Below the pieces are notes generated by a model. That model did no database searches. It was not told where the DNA came from and was given only the letters and a program-made list of their open reading frames with translations. Made by a program: the position numbers and the translations under genes. Shown in pieces: positions 36,335 through 46,144 of a stretch of 51,774 nt of DNA; position 1 is the first letter of the stretch; each line of letters opens with the position of its first letter. The stretch lies in the NCBI RefSeq assembly GCF_039654945.1, contig NW_027361990.1:1500227-1552000 (forward strand). The letters run 5' to 3'. The stretch comes from Dendrobates tinctorius (taxonomy: Eukaryota).

Positions 36335-39300
36335 GGGTCTGTGCAACATAAAGTGGGACTCGTCCCGGCGTTATTGAATGATGTTATCCTGGGCCGGGAT
36401 TTTCCCCACTTCTGGCAATTGTGGGAGAATCAGTTGATGCCCCCGGGTAATAGTGTACATGATTCTTCTCCCAGGGCGCGTGGGGGTCTCGAACCCCTGG
36501 AAGATGTCTCCCCGGAAGACTCGGGGGAAGAGTCTGCGGGAAATGACCTGCAGTTCCCGTTTTCAGTCATGGCGGGTGATACGGAGGAGACCGGGGAAGA
36601 GGAGGAGGCCGACAGCCGTCCACCTCCCCGTTTGCCGGATTTGGAAGTTCAGAAAGATGACTTCCAAAGCGAGCAAATAAAGGATCCTACCCTTTCTCAG
36701 GCTAGGACAAATGTAAAAGTGATAAATGGGGTACCCGTAGAACCTGGCTCTAGGCTGGCATATCCTTACATGGTTCTGGAGAATGATTTACTCTATCAGA
36801 TAGAGAAAAAGGGGGAAGATACGGTGCAACTATTAGTCGTGCCAAAACCCTACCGGCGGCAGGTGCTGGACCTGGCCCACGGACATGTGATGGGAGGTCA
36901 CCTGGGAGTCCAGAAAACCACCGAAAGGATATTACACTGTTTTGTTTGGCCAGGCATGCATCACGATATTCGTGTATATTGTGAGTCTTGTCCTGACTGC
37001 CAAGCCTCTGCACCTAAGCCCCGATTCTGTAGCCCTTTGGTACCCCTACCTATTATTGAAGTCCCGTTTGAGAGGATTGGGATGGATTTAGTTGGGCCCC
37101 TTCCACGGTCTGCACGTGGACACCAACATATCCTGGTCATCTTGGATTATGCCATTCGTTACCCGGAGGCCATCCCTTTGCGTAACACGGCCACCAAGAC
37201 GATTGCCAAGGAACTGGTGCATGTGTTTAGTCGGGTCGGTATACCAAAACAGATACTCACTGACCAGGGGACCCCCTTTATGTCCAGGGTAATGAAGGAG
37301 CTCTGCCGATTGTTACAAATCGACCCGTTACGCACATCCGTGTATCACCCTCAAACAGACGGGTTGGTCGAACGGTTCAATAAAACTCTGAAGCAGATGC
37401 TGAGAAAGGTGATAGACAAGGATGGGAAGAACTGGGACTATTTACTTCCGTATTTGCTTTTTTCCATCAGGGAAGTACCCCAGTCTTCCACGGGATTCTC
37501 GCCTTTCGAGTTATTGTACGCCCGACGTCCTCGCGGACTGTTAGACGTTGCAAAAGAAACCTGGGAGGGTCAGGTCACTCCGTTTAAAACAGTGATAGAT
37601 CACGTCACACAAATGCAGGACCGTATTGCGGCTGTTATGCCTATCGTCAAAGAACACATGATGCAGGCTCAAGGAGCCCAAAAAAGAATCTATGATAGGG
37701 GCGCCAAGATCCGTACATTTGCACCCGGAGATAGGGTGTTGATCCTGGTCCCCACGGTGGACAGTAAGTTCCTGGCAAAGTGGCAGGGCCCCTTTGAGAT
37801 TAAGGAAAAAGTTGGTGAAGTAAACTACAAAGTATACCAGGCAGGTAAACGGAAACCTGAACAGATTTATCATGTAAATCTGATAAAGCCCTGGAAGGAT
37901 CGGTCTGCCTTGTCAGCGGAGCTGGCCCGTCCCGTCTGCTCGCATACTGTACCGGAGGTACGGGTTGCAGAGACTCTCTCGGAGCGGCAAAAGACTGAGG
38001 TCAGGCAGTTTCTACTTTACAACCAAAAGTTTTTCTCAGAAAAACCCGGGCAGACTACGCTAATGAAACATGACATCGTAACGGAACCTGGTGTCACAGT
38101 TCACGTAAAGCCCTACCGAATCCCGGAAGCGCGCCGTGAAGCCGTTTCCCGAGAAGTGAAGGCAATGTTAGAGTTAGGTGTCATTGAGGAATCGCACAGT
38201 GCTTGGTCCAGCCCGATTGTGCTAATTCCTAAACCGGACGGCACCATCCGGTTCTGCAATGACTTCAGGAAACTGAATGCGGTCTCAAAATTTGATGCCT
38301 ACCCCATGCCCCGGGTCGACGAGTTAATAGATCGGTTAGGAAAAGCCCGGTATATTACGACCCTAGACCTAACAAAGGGGTATTGGCAGATCCCTCTGGC
38401 AGAGGCTGCCAGAGAAAAGACGGCATTTGCTACGCCGGAAGGTCTATTTCAGTATGTGTATATGCCGTTTGGACTGCACGGGGCACTGGTGACCTTCCAG
38501 AGACTGATGGATCGAGTCCTGAGGCCACATAGGCGGTACGCTTCGGCCTATTTGGACGACATTATCATTTACAGCTTGGACTGGGAGACTCATCTCCAGA
38601 AAGTACAAGCTGTGATTGACGACCTGTGGGAGGCAGGTCTAACCGCGAACCCCAAGAAATGTCACATCGGGCTAGAAGAAGCCCGGTATTTGGGGTATGT
38701 AATTGGGAGGGGTGTTGTTAAACCCCAGCTCGATAATATTCAGGCGGTTCAGGACTGGCCGCAACCTGTCAACAAGAAGCAGGTGCAAGCCTTTCTGGGG
38801 ATCGCCGGCTATTATCGTCGGTTCATACCCAATTTTGCAGCCATCGCTACCCCCCTGACGGATCTTACAAAAGGGAAAGACTCCGTCATGATTAAATGGA
38901 GTTTAGCGGCTGAAGAAGCCTTCCATAGCCTAAAACGGGCACTTTGCTCTCAGCCCGTACTGGTGACTCCGGACTTCCGCAGCGAGTTTGTGGTCCAAAC
39001 GGATGCCTCTGATACCGGTATCGGGGCCGTACTCTCACAAGTGAGGGACGGAGTGGAACACCCAGTCCTCTATCTCAGCAGGAAGTGGAATAAACACGAG
39101 CAAAGGTATGCAGTCGTAGAAAAAGAGTGCCTCGCCATTAAGTGGGCTCTAGAGGCCCTCAAATATTACCTGGTGGGCCGAAAGTTCAGGCTGATCACTG
39201 ACCATGCCCCTCTCAAGTGGATGCACTTGAACAAGGAACGGAATAGCCGGGTGACCCGGTGGTTCCTTGCCCTGCAGGCCTACACTTTTACGGTGGAGCA

Positions 39301-39475
39301 CCGCCCAGGGGTACAGATGGGAAACGCAGATGCCCTGTCCCGAGTGCACTGTTTGGCGGGTGTCATTGCTCGACCGGAGTGGTCTGAGCAGAGGGGGGGG
39401 ATATGTGAGAATCATGTGGGAATAGTGGATGAGGGCAGGTATATCTCGCTTAGATTCCTTTCCTATGTGGCCTAG
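36335..39475 (+). CDS. Gypsy pol remainder: protease C-terminus, integrase, RT, RNase H (open for more than 1040 codons)
   Basis: ILGRDF; HGHVMGGH...CESCPDC; MDLVGP, TDQG and VERFN (DDE); WQGPF; LDLTKGYWQ, MPFGL and YLDD; TDASDTGIGAVL, EKECLA and NADALSR. Confidence 0.96.
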   Translation, partial: GSVQHKVGLVPALLNDVILGRDFPHFWQLWENQLMPPGNSVHDSSPRARGGLEPLEDVSPEDSGEESAGNDLQFPFSVMAGDTEETGEEEEADSRPPPRLPDLEVQKDDFQSEQIKDPTLSQARTNVKVINGVPVEPGSRLAYPYMVLENDLLYQIEKKGEDTVQLLVVPKPYRRQVLDLAHGHVMGGHLGVQKTTERILHCFVWPGMHHDIRVYCESCPDCQASAPKPRFCSPLVPLPIIEVPFERIGMDLVGPLPRSARGHQHILVILDYAIRYPEAIPLRNTATKTIAKELVHVFSRVGIPKQILTDQGTPFMSRVMKELCRLLQIDPLRTSVYHPQTDGLVERFNKTLKQMLRKVIDKDGKNWDYLLPYLLFSIREVPQSSTGFSPFELLYARRPRGLLDVAKETWEGQVTPFKTVIDHVTQMQDRIAAVMPIVKEHMMQAQGAQKRIYDRGAKIRTFAPGDRVLILVPTVDSKFLAKWQGPFEIKEKVGEVNYKVYQAGKRKPEQIYHVNLIKPWKDRSALSAELARPVCSHTVPEVRVAETLSERQKTEVRQFLLYNQKFFSEKPGQTTLMKHDIVTEPGVTVHVKPYRIPEARREAVSREVKAMLELGVIEESHSAWSSPIVLIPKPDGTIRFCNDFRKLNAVSKFDAYPMPRVDELIDRLGKARYITTLDLTKGYWQIPLAEAAREKTAFATPEGLFQYVYMPFGLHGALVTFQRLMDRVLRPHRRYASAYLDDIIIYSLDWETHLQKVQAVIDDLWEAGLTANPKKCHIGLEEARYLGYVIGRGVVKPQLDNIQAVQDWPQPVNKKQVQAFLGIAGYYRRFIPNFAAIATPLTDLTKGKDSVMIKWSLAAEEAFHSLKRALCSQPVLVTPDFRSEFVVQTDASDTGIGAVLSQVRDGVEHPVLYLSRKWNKHEQRYAVVEKECLAIKWALEALKYYLVGRKFRLITDHAPLKWMHLNKERNSRVTRWFLALQAYTFTVEHRPGVQMGNADALSRVHCLAGVIARPEWSEQRGGICENHVGIVDEGRYISLRFLSYVA
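39390..39401 (+). promoter_or_regulatory. Polypurine tract
   Basis: AGAGGGGGGGGA immediately upstream of the 3' LTR. Confidence 0.88.
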
Positions 39476-39861
39476 TCTGGTCAGTATCGCACCTGCTTAC
39501 TAATGGATAATGGGAGGTGGATATATAAGGATGCCAGGTGGTTGTGTGAGTGTCTCAGCCTGGGAACACAGAGAGCCTGTCTGTGTGAGAGACACACGTG
39601 AGTGGAAGCAGTGCCCACTGCAACTGTGGTTTGGATGGACGGGAGAAGCCCGCCAGTTGGTAGTTAGGTTGTCCATTGTTTAGTTAGTGCCGGACAGGCA
39701 AGGATTTGTTTTATGTTTTATTTCCTTTTGCATTGCTTTCACCGTTAATAAACCTGACCCAGGGTCAGTTACACCCGAATCCCAGCTCTGCCCCTGAGTT
39801 TCATGCTGAACGCACGTGACCTTTGACCCCAGCAAAGGCGATCCCGGAGTGTTTTATCACA
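39404..39861 (+). repeat. 3' LTR (458 bp)
   Basis: Colinear with 30703-31160; 13 substitutions counted by eye (about 97% identity). Confidence 0.97.
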
Positions 39862-40505
39862 GTTGCCATTATGATTTAAAAAGAGAAAACACAGTAATTT
39901 GACAATAAATGGCTTCACCCAACCACTAACCATGAGTGGATGAAAAGTTTTGGTGTTATCATTCATATTCTCTGAAAAAAGGGCAAGAAGGCAAAAATTC
40001 TGCCGGGGTATGTAAACTTTTGAGCACAACTGTATACCTGATATTATAATTACCTTGGGTGATTCTACCATAACTGCAAGCAGCACGCTCGCTGTCATGG
40101 GGTCATATATGACACAGAACTTTCCTTTATTCCATATATCCAATCACTCGCTTGTGTCACCTGCACCTTAGAAACATCTCCAGAATCCAAACTTTTCTCA
40201 CCTTTGAACCTGCAAAAGATCTTACTGTCACTTTTATTCAATCTCATCTGGATTATTGCAACTCTCTACTGATCGGTCTCCCTCTAATCCGTCCTGAATG
40301 TGACAGCCAGGGTTGTATTTCTGTCCAGCCGCTTCACTGATGCCTCTGCCCTGTGCCAGTCCTTGCACTGGTTACCCATCCACTACAGAATACAATACAA
40401 ACACTCAGCCACAAAGTTCTCCACAGTTCTGCACCATCCTACATCTCCTCCCTCATCTCTATCACCCTACCTGTGCTCTCTGTTCTGCAGATGATCCAAG
40501 ACTTA

Positions 40506-40860
40506 GGCTATGTGCACACGGTGCGTATTCTGCAGCGGATCCGCAGCGTTTTTGGCTCTGCGGAATCGCAGCAGATTTAGCTGCGTTGTACAGTACCATT
40601 GTTTTCAATGGTAAAATCAAAAAAGCTGTGCACATGCTGCGGATTTTTCAGCGCGGATTTGCTGTGGGCTCAAATCCATAGCATGTCAATTCTTTGTGCG
40701 GAATCCGCAGCGTTTTCACCCCTTTTCCATTGCAGAAGTGTGAAACCGCAGGGCTAAACTGCAGGCTAATCCGCAGGTAAACCACAGGTCTATTGACCTG
40801 CGGATTTACCTGCGGATTTTTCCAAATCTGCAGCACCTAAAACTATGTGTGCACATAGCC
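40506..40860. mobile_element. Harbinger/Tourist-like MITE inside the L2
   Basis: TTA|GGCTATGTGCACAC ... GTGTGCACATAGCC|TAA; related to the 18061 MITE. Confidence 0.88.
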
Positions 40861-41134
40861 TAACATAGTCCAAACTTTGCACCTCCGTTTCCAATACTTC
40901 TCTTGTGCTGACCCAGTTTTCTGGAATGCACTAACCCATACAATCTGACTAATGACTATCGCCCATGTTTTTAAGCATACTTTAAAAACACATCTCATTA
41001 GACAGGCCGATCACCTTATTACATTAACCTAAACCTCCCCCGAACCCTCCTTCTAAATGTTAATCATAATCTGCTCCCCCCTATTCATCTATATCCACAT
41101 CCTCCATGCACCCAATAGCACACGGTGAGTGAAC

Positions 41135-43268
41135 ATGTACAGATCCCGGCTGATGACCATACATGTCCATATACAGATCCTGGCTGGTGACGGATCATAC
41201 ATGTACATATACAGATCCCGGCTGGTGACGGATCATACATGTACATATACAGATCCCGGCTGGTGACGGATCATACATGTACATATACAGATCCCGGCTG
41301 GTGACGGATCATACATGTACATATACAGATCCTGGCTGATGAAGGATCATACATGTACATATATAGATCCCGGCTGGTGACGGATCATACATGTACATAT
41401 ACAGATCCTGGCTGATGACGGATCATACATGTACATATACAGATCCTGACTGATGACTGATCATACATGTACATACACAGATCCCGGCTGGTGACGGATC
41501 ATACATGTACATATTGTTAGCGGTGTAGTCAGGTGAGAAAAGTCTCCAGGAGTGGACCCTATGGATCGAGGCACCGAGGGGCCCCGGGTGAGTTGCCAGG
41601 TGGAGCCAACCCCTATACAGGGATCGTTAGGAGCAGGCTCAGGGGTTCGGGTACCACAATAGCCGGTACCGAGAGAGGCGGCTCAGAATGGACTGGAGTA
41701 AGACCTCGGAAGTACAGAGGGATTGCAGGACTAGACCACAGACAGCAGGACGAAGCAGAAACACGGAAGACAGGACCGGAGTAGGACTGCAGGTCTAGAC
41801 CACGGACAGCAGGGCGGATTAAGGACACGGAAGACAGGACCGGAGTAGGAATGCAGGACTGGACCATAGACAGCAGGACGGAGCACAGGACAGGAGTAGG
41901 ACTGCAGGACTGGACCATAGACAGCAGGACGGAGCACAGGACCGGAGTAGGACTGCAGGGCTGGACTACAGACAGCAGGACGGAGAAGGGACACGGAGGA
42001 CAGGACCGGAGTAGGACTGCAGGGGTGGACCACAGACAGCAGGACGGAGCAGGAACATGGAGGACAGGACCGGACCGGAGTAGGACTGCAGGATTGGAAC
42101 ACAGACAGCAGGACGGAGCAGGGACACGGAGGACAGGACCAGAGTAGGACTGCACGGGACAAGTGTAGCAAGGTCAGCAGCAGTGGTAGCGGGAGAGGGG
42201 CCTAACGTGCTATATGACACGAAGATCAGGCTCCTCCATTACAGGAGGGCGGCCTGATATGCCCCTGCCTGGTCTCCCATTAGTCCGCCGGTGCATCTGG
42301 GTCAGGGCACCGCCGGAGCACAAGAGACGGGGACGAGGCGCGGCCTACGGTGCATAGCATGCAGAGACGCCGTCGGCCGCGGACCTGGAGGGAGAGACCG
42401 CCGCAGCTGCCGGGCGGCGAGAGGCTGCGACGCTGGAGCGGCGGCTTGACACATATACAGATCCCGACTGATGACCGGGTCATACATGTACATATACAGA
42501 TCCCGGCTAATGACCGGGTCACACATGTACATATACAGATCCCGACTGATGACCGGATCATACATGTACATATACAGATCCCGGCTGATGACCGGATCAT
42601 ACATGTACATATACAGATCCCGGCTGATGACCGGATCATACATGTACATATACAGATCCCGGCTGATGACCGGGTCATACATGTACATATACAGATCCCG
42701 GCTGATGACCGGATCATACGTGTACATATACAGATCCTGGCTGATGACCGGATCATACATGTACATATACAGATCCTGGCTAATGACCGGGTCACACATG
42801 TACATATACAGATCCCGACTGATGACCGGGTCATACATGTACATATAGAGATCCCGACTGATGACCGGGTCATACATGTACATATACAGATCCTGGCTAA
42901 TGACCGGGTCACACATGTACATATACAGATCCCGACTGATGACCGGGTCATACATGTACATATACAGATCCTGGCTAATGACCGGGTCACACATGTACAT
43001 ATACAGATCCCGACTGATGACCGGGTCATACATGTACATATACAGATCCTGGTTGATGACGGGTCATACATGTACATATACAGATCCTGGTTGATGACGG
43101 GTCATACATGTACATATACAGATCCCGACTGATGACCGGGTCATACATGTACATATACAGATCCCGACTGATGACCGGATCATACATGTACATATACAGA
43201 TCCTGGCTGATGACTAGATCATACATGTACATATACAGATCCTGGCTGATGACTAGATCATACATGTA
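41135..43268. repeat. 39-40-bp minisatellite (interrupted by a solo LTR; last partial unit after the Tc1 at 45576-45606)
   Basis: Unit ACAGATCCCGGCTGATGACCGGATCATACATGTACATAT. Confidence 0.95.
41515..42451. mobile_element. Probable solo LTR (937 bp) with an internal tandem repeat at about 41720-42155
   Basis: TGTTAGC...GCTTGACA termini; exact 5-bp TSD CATAT (41510-41514 / 42452-42456); no coding domains. Confidence 0.8.
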
Positions 43269-43306
43269 CAGTACAGACCAAAAGTTTGGACACACCTTCT
43301 CATTCA

Positions 43307-43980
43307 GGCTGTGTGCCCACGTTGCGTTTAAGCGTTTTTGATGCGTTGTTCGGGGTCAAACCGCATCAAAAACGCTTAAAAGAAGCATCCCATTCATTTG
43401 AGGCCATGTGCCCACAGCAGCGTTTTTAAGCGCTCAGGAAACGGGTCTCCTTCCCAGAAAACGCGCGTTTTTGATGATTTTTTTTCCGCGCGTCTTTTGG
43501 ACTATAGGAAATAGCCAAAAACGCAGACCGAAGTGGAAATTAATGAACATGCTGCACTTTTTAACGGCTAAGAGTTTCATTAGCGGTAAAAAAAACCCAT
43601 CCATTGGCACAAAGAAGCCAAAATACATTAAAATGAATGGGATGCTTCTTTTAAGCGTTTTTGATGCGGTTTGACCCCGAAAAACGCATCAAAAACGCTT
43701 AAAAAAAAAACGCAACGTGGGCACACAGCCTTAATGTATTTTGGCCTCTTTGTGTCAATGGATGCGTTTTTTACCGCTAAGGAAACGCTTAGCGGTAAAA
43801 AACGCAGCATGTTCATTAATTTCCGCTTAGGTCCGCGTTTTTGGCTATTTCCTATAGTCCAAAAGACGCGCGGAAAAAAACTCATCAAAAACGTGTGGTT
43901 TTTGAGCAAAAAACGCACATTTTCTGGGAAGGAGACCTGTTTCCTGAGCGTTTAAAAAACGCTACTGTGGGCACATAGCC
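43307..43980. mobile_element. Harbinger-like MITE in the Tc1 left TIR (outer copy)
   Basis: TCA|GGCTGTGTGCCCAC ... GTGGGCACATAGCC|TTA; absent from the right TIR. Confidence 0.88.
43402..43730. mobile_element. Same-family MITE inserted in inverted orientation in the outer copy
   Basis: TGA|GGCCATGTGCCCAC ... GTGGGCACACAGCC|TTA; its sequence is the reverse complement of the rejoined outer copy. Confidence 0.85.
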
Positions 43981-44359
43981 TTAAAGAGTTTTCTTTATTT
44001 TCATGACTATGAAAATGGTAGCTTCACTCTGAAGGCATCAAAACAATGAATTATCACATGTGGAATTATATAATTAACAAAAAAGTGTGAAACAACTGAA
44101 AATATGTCTTATATTCTAGATTCTTCAAAGTAGCCACCTTTTGCTTTGATTACTGCTTTGCACACTCTTGGCATTCTCTTGATGAGCTTCAAGAGGTAGT
44201 CACCGGAAATGGTTTTCACTTCACAGGTGTGCCCTGTCAGGTTTAATAAGTGGGATTTCTTGCCTTATAAATGGGGTTGGGACCATCAGTTGTGTTGTGC
44301 TGAAGTCTGGTGGATACACAGCTGATAGTCCTACTGAATAGACTGTTAGAATTTGTATT

Positions 44360-45412
44360 ATGGCAAGAAAAAAGCAGCTAAGTAAAGAAAAACGAGTGGC
44401 CATCATTACTTTAAGAAATGAAGGTCAGTCAGTCCGAAAAATTGGGAAAACTTTAAAAGTGTCCCCAAGTGCAGTGGCAAAAACCATCAAGTGCTACAAA
44501 GAAACTGGCTCACATGAGGACCACCCCAGGAAAGGAAGACCAAGAGTCACCTCTGCTGCGGAGGATAAGTTCATCCGAGTCACCAGCCTCAGAAATCGCA
44601 GGTTAACAGCAGCTCAGAATAGAGACCAGGTCAATGCCACACAGAGTTCTAGCAGCAGAAACATCTCTACAACAACTGTTAAGAGGAGACTTTGTGCAGC
44701 AGGCCTTCATGGTAAAATAGCTGCTAGGAAACCACTGTTAAGGACAGGCAACAAGCAGAAGAGACTTGATTGGGCTAAAGAACACAAGGAATGGACATTA
44801 GACCAGTGGAAATCTGTGCTTTGGTCTGATGAGTCCAAATTTGAGATCTTTGGTTCCAACCACTGTGTCTTTGTGCGACGCAGAAAAGGTGAACGGATGG
44901 ACTCTACATGCCTGGTTCCCACCGTGAAGCATGGAGGAGGAGGTGTGATGGTGTGGGGGGGCTTTGCTGGTGACACTGTTGGGGATTTATTCAAAATTGA
45001 AGGCATACTGAACCAGCATGGCTACCACAGCATCTTGCAGCGGCATGCTATTCCATCTGGTTTGTGTTTAGTTGGACCATCATTTATTTTTCAACAGGGC
45101 AATGACCTCAAACACACCTCCAGGCTGTGTAAGGGCTATTTGACCAAGAAGGAGAGTGATGGGGTGCTACGCCAGATGACCTGGCCTCCACAGACACCAG
45201 ACCTGAACCCAATCGAGATGGTTTGGGGTGAGCTGGACCGCAGAGTGAAGGCAAAAGGGCCAACAAGTGCTAAGCATCTCTGGGAACTCCTTCAAGACTG
45301 TTGTAAGACCATTTCCGGTGACTACATCTTGAAGCTCATCAAGAGAATGCCAAGAGTGTGCAAAGCAGTAATCAAAGCAAAAGGTGGCTACTCGGAAGAA
45401 CCTAGAATATAA
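44360..45412 (+). CDS. Tc1-family transposase, 350 aa, open but with the second catalytic Asp replaced
   Basis: Paired HTH, GRPR, WSDESKF, FQQGNDLKH (normally QQDNDPKH), PDLNPIE. Confidence 0.95.
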   Translation: MARKKQLSKEKRVAIITLRNEGQSVRKIGKTLKVSPSAVAKTIKCYKETGSHEDHPRKGRPRVTSAAEDKFIRVTSLRNRRLTAAQNRDQVNATQSSSSRNISTTTVKRRLCAAGLHGKIAARKPLLRTGNKQKRLDWAKEHKEWTLDQWKSVLWSDESKFEIFGSNHCVFVRRRKGERMDSTCLVPTVKHGGGGVMVWGGFAGDTVGDLFKIEGILNQHGYHSILQRHAIPSGLCLVGPSFIFQQGNDLKHTSRLCKGYLTKKESDGVLRQMTWPPQTPDLNPIEMVWGELDRRVKAKGPTSAKHLWELLQDCCKTISGDYILKLIKRMPRVCKAVIKAKGGYSEEPRI

Positions 45413-46144
45413 GACATATTTTCACTTGTTTCACACTTTTTTGTTAATTATATAATTCCACATGTGGTAATTCATAGTTTTGATGCCTTCAGAGTGAATC
45501 TACAATTTTCATAGTCATGAAAATAATGAAAACTCTTTGAATGAGAAGGCGTGTCCAAACTTTTGGTCTGTACTGTATATATACAGATCCTGGCTGATGA
45601 CGGATCCTGCAGCTTTACATGATAACCCTCATTTATTATAATGACGGCACAGTCTTCCTATTGTGTCCCCTTATATCCTTGTAGATTTTAGCTTGTGATC
45701 GGGACCCTCACTGCTCCTGTAACCGGGGACCTGTGTTATTTAGTGATGTCTGTTTGTACATGTCTCCGCTTATTGCACAGCGCTGTGGAATAAGTTGGCG
45801 CTATAGAAATAAAACTGTTATTACTACAGTGATGGCAAGTTTGATCCACAATTTGAATGAAAAACAAGCGAGTCCCCGGGCTATCGGTCTGTGGAAAAAA
45901 ATCCAATCCCACAGACTATAACGAACACACGACTATACGTGTAAAACAGGCGTCCGACTGAGGCCCAGGAGATGACTGCAGGTCTGTAGGGCCTGGAAAT
46001 GCTTTTTTTCAGCTAAATGAGAAATATTCTTAACAAAACTCAGACTGATTCCCCCATAATCAACCACTGCCATTCCTGGCCCTTATTTATTTCCCATTGC
46101 CACTCCTGGACAGTCACCACCTCAGGTGGTCACTGCTGGGTGGG

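Larger units (their letters stand above)
30703..39861 (+). mobile_element. Full-length Gmr1-like Ty3/Gypsy LTR retrotransposon (defective; interrupted by an L2)
   Basis: Two 458-bp LTRs (TG...CA), 4-bp TSD GTTG (30699-30702 / 39862-39865), PBS, PPT, gag-PR-IN-RT-RH. Confidence 0.97.
30523..40032. mobile_element. Terminal fragment of a Tc1-like DNA transposon, split by the Gypsy insertion (pieces about 30523-30702 and 39866-40032)
   Basis: Ends AAACTTTTGAGCACAACTG|TA (reverse complement CAGTTGTGCTCAAAAGTTT, a Tc1-type terminus with TA). The direct repeat GGGTATGTAAACT occurs on both sides of the LTR element, as in IR/DR-type TIRs. Left boundary approximate. Confidence 0.75.
43269..45575 (+). 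mobile_element. Full-length Tc1 transposon (about 1.63 kb without the nested MITEs)
   Basis: TA|CAGTACAGACCAAAAGTTTGGACAC ... GTGTCCAAACTTTTGGTCTGTACTG|TA; about 270-bp TIRs. Confidence 0.97.
40152..45830 (+). mobile_element. Older 5'-truncated L2 copy fragmented by nested insertions (pieces about 40152-40505, 40861-41135, 45580-45830)
   Basis: CHLHLRNISRI...[12 protein letters not shown]...LHWLPIHYRIQYK with frameshifts; the 3'UTR and GTTGGCGCTATA tail at 45600-45830 match the reverse complement of 32397-32660. Confidence 0.85.

Noticed and set aside
41533-43341. Cys-rich and repetitive ORFs
   Set aside because: Derived from the solo-LTR internal repeat and the 39-40-bp minisatellite
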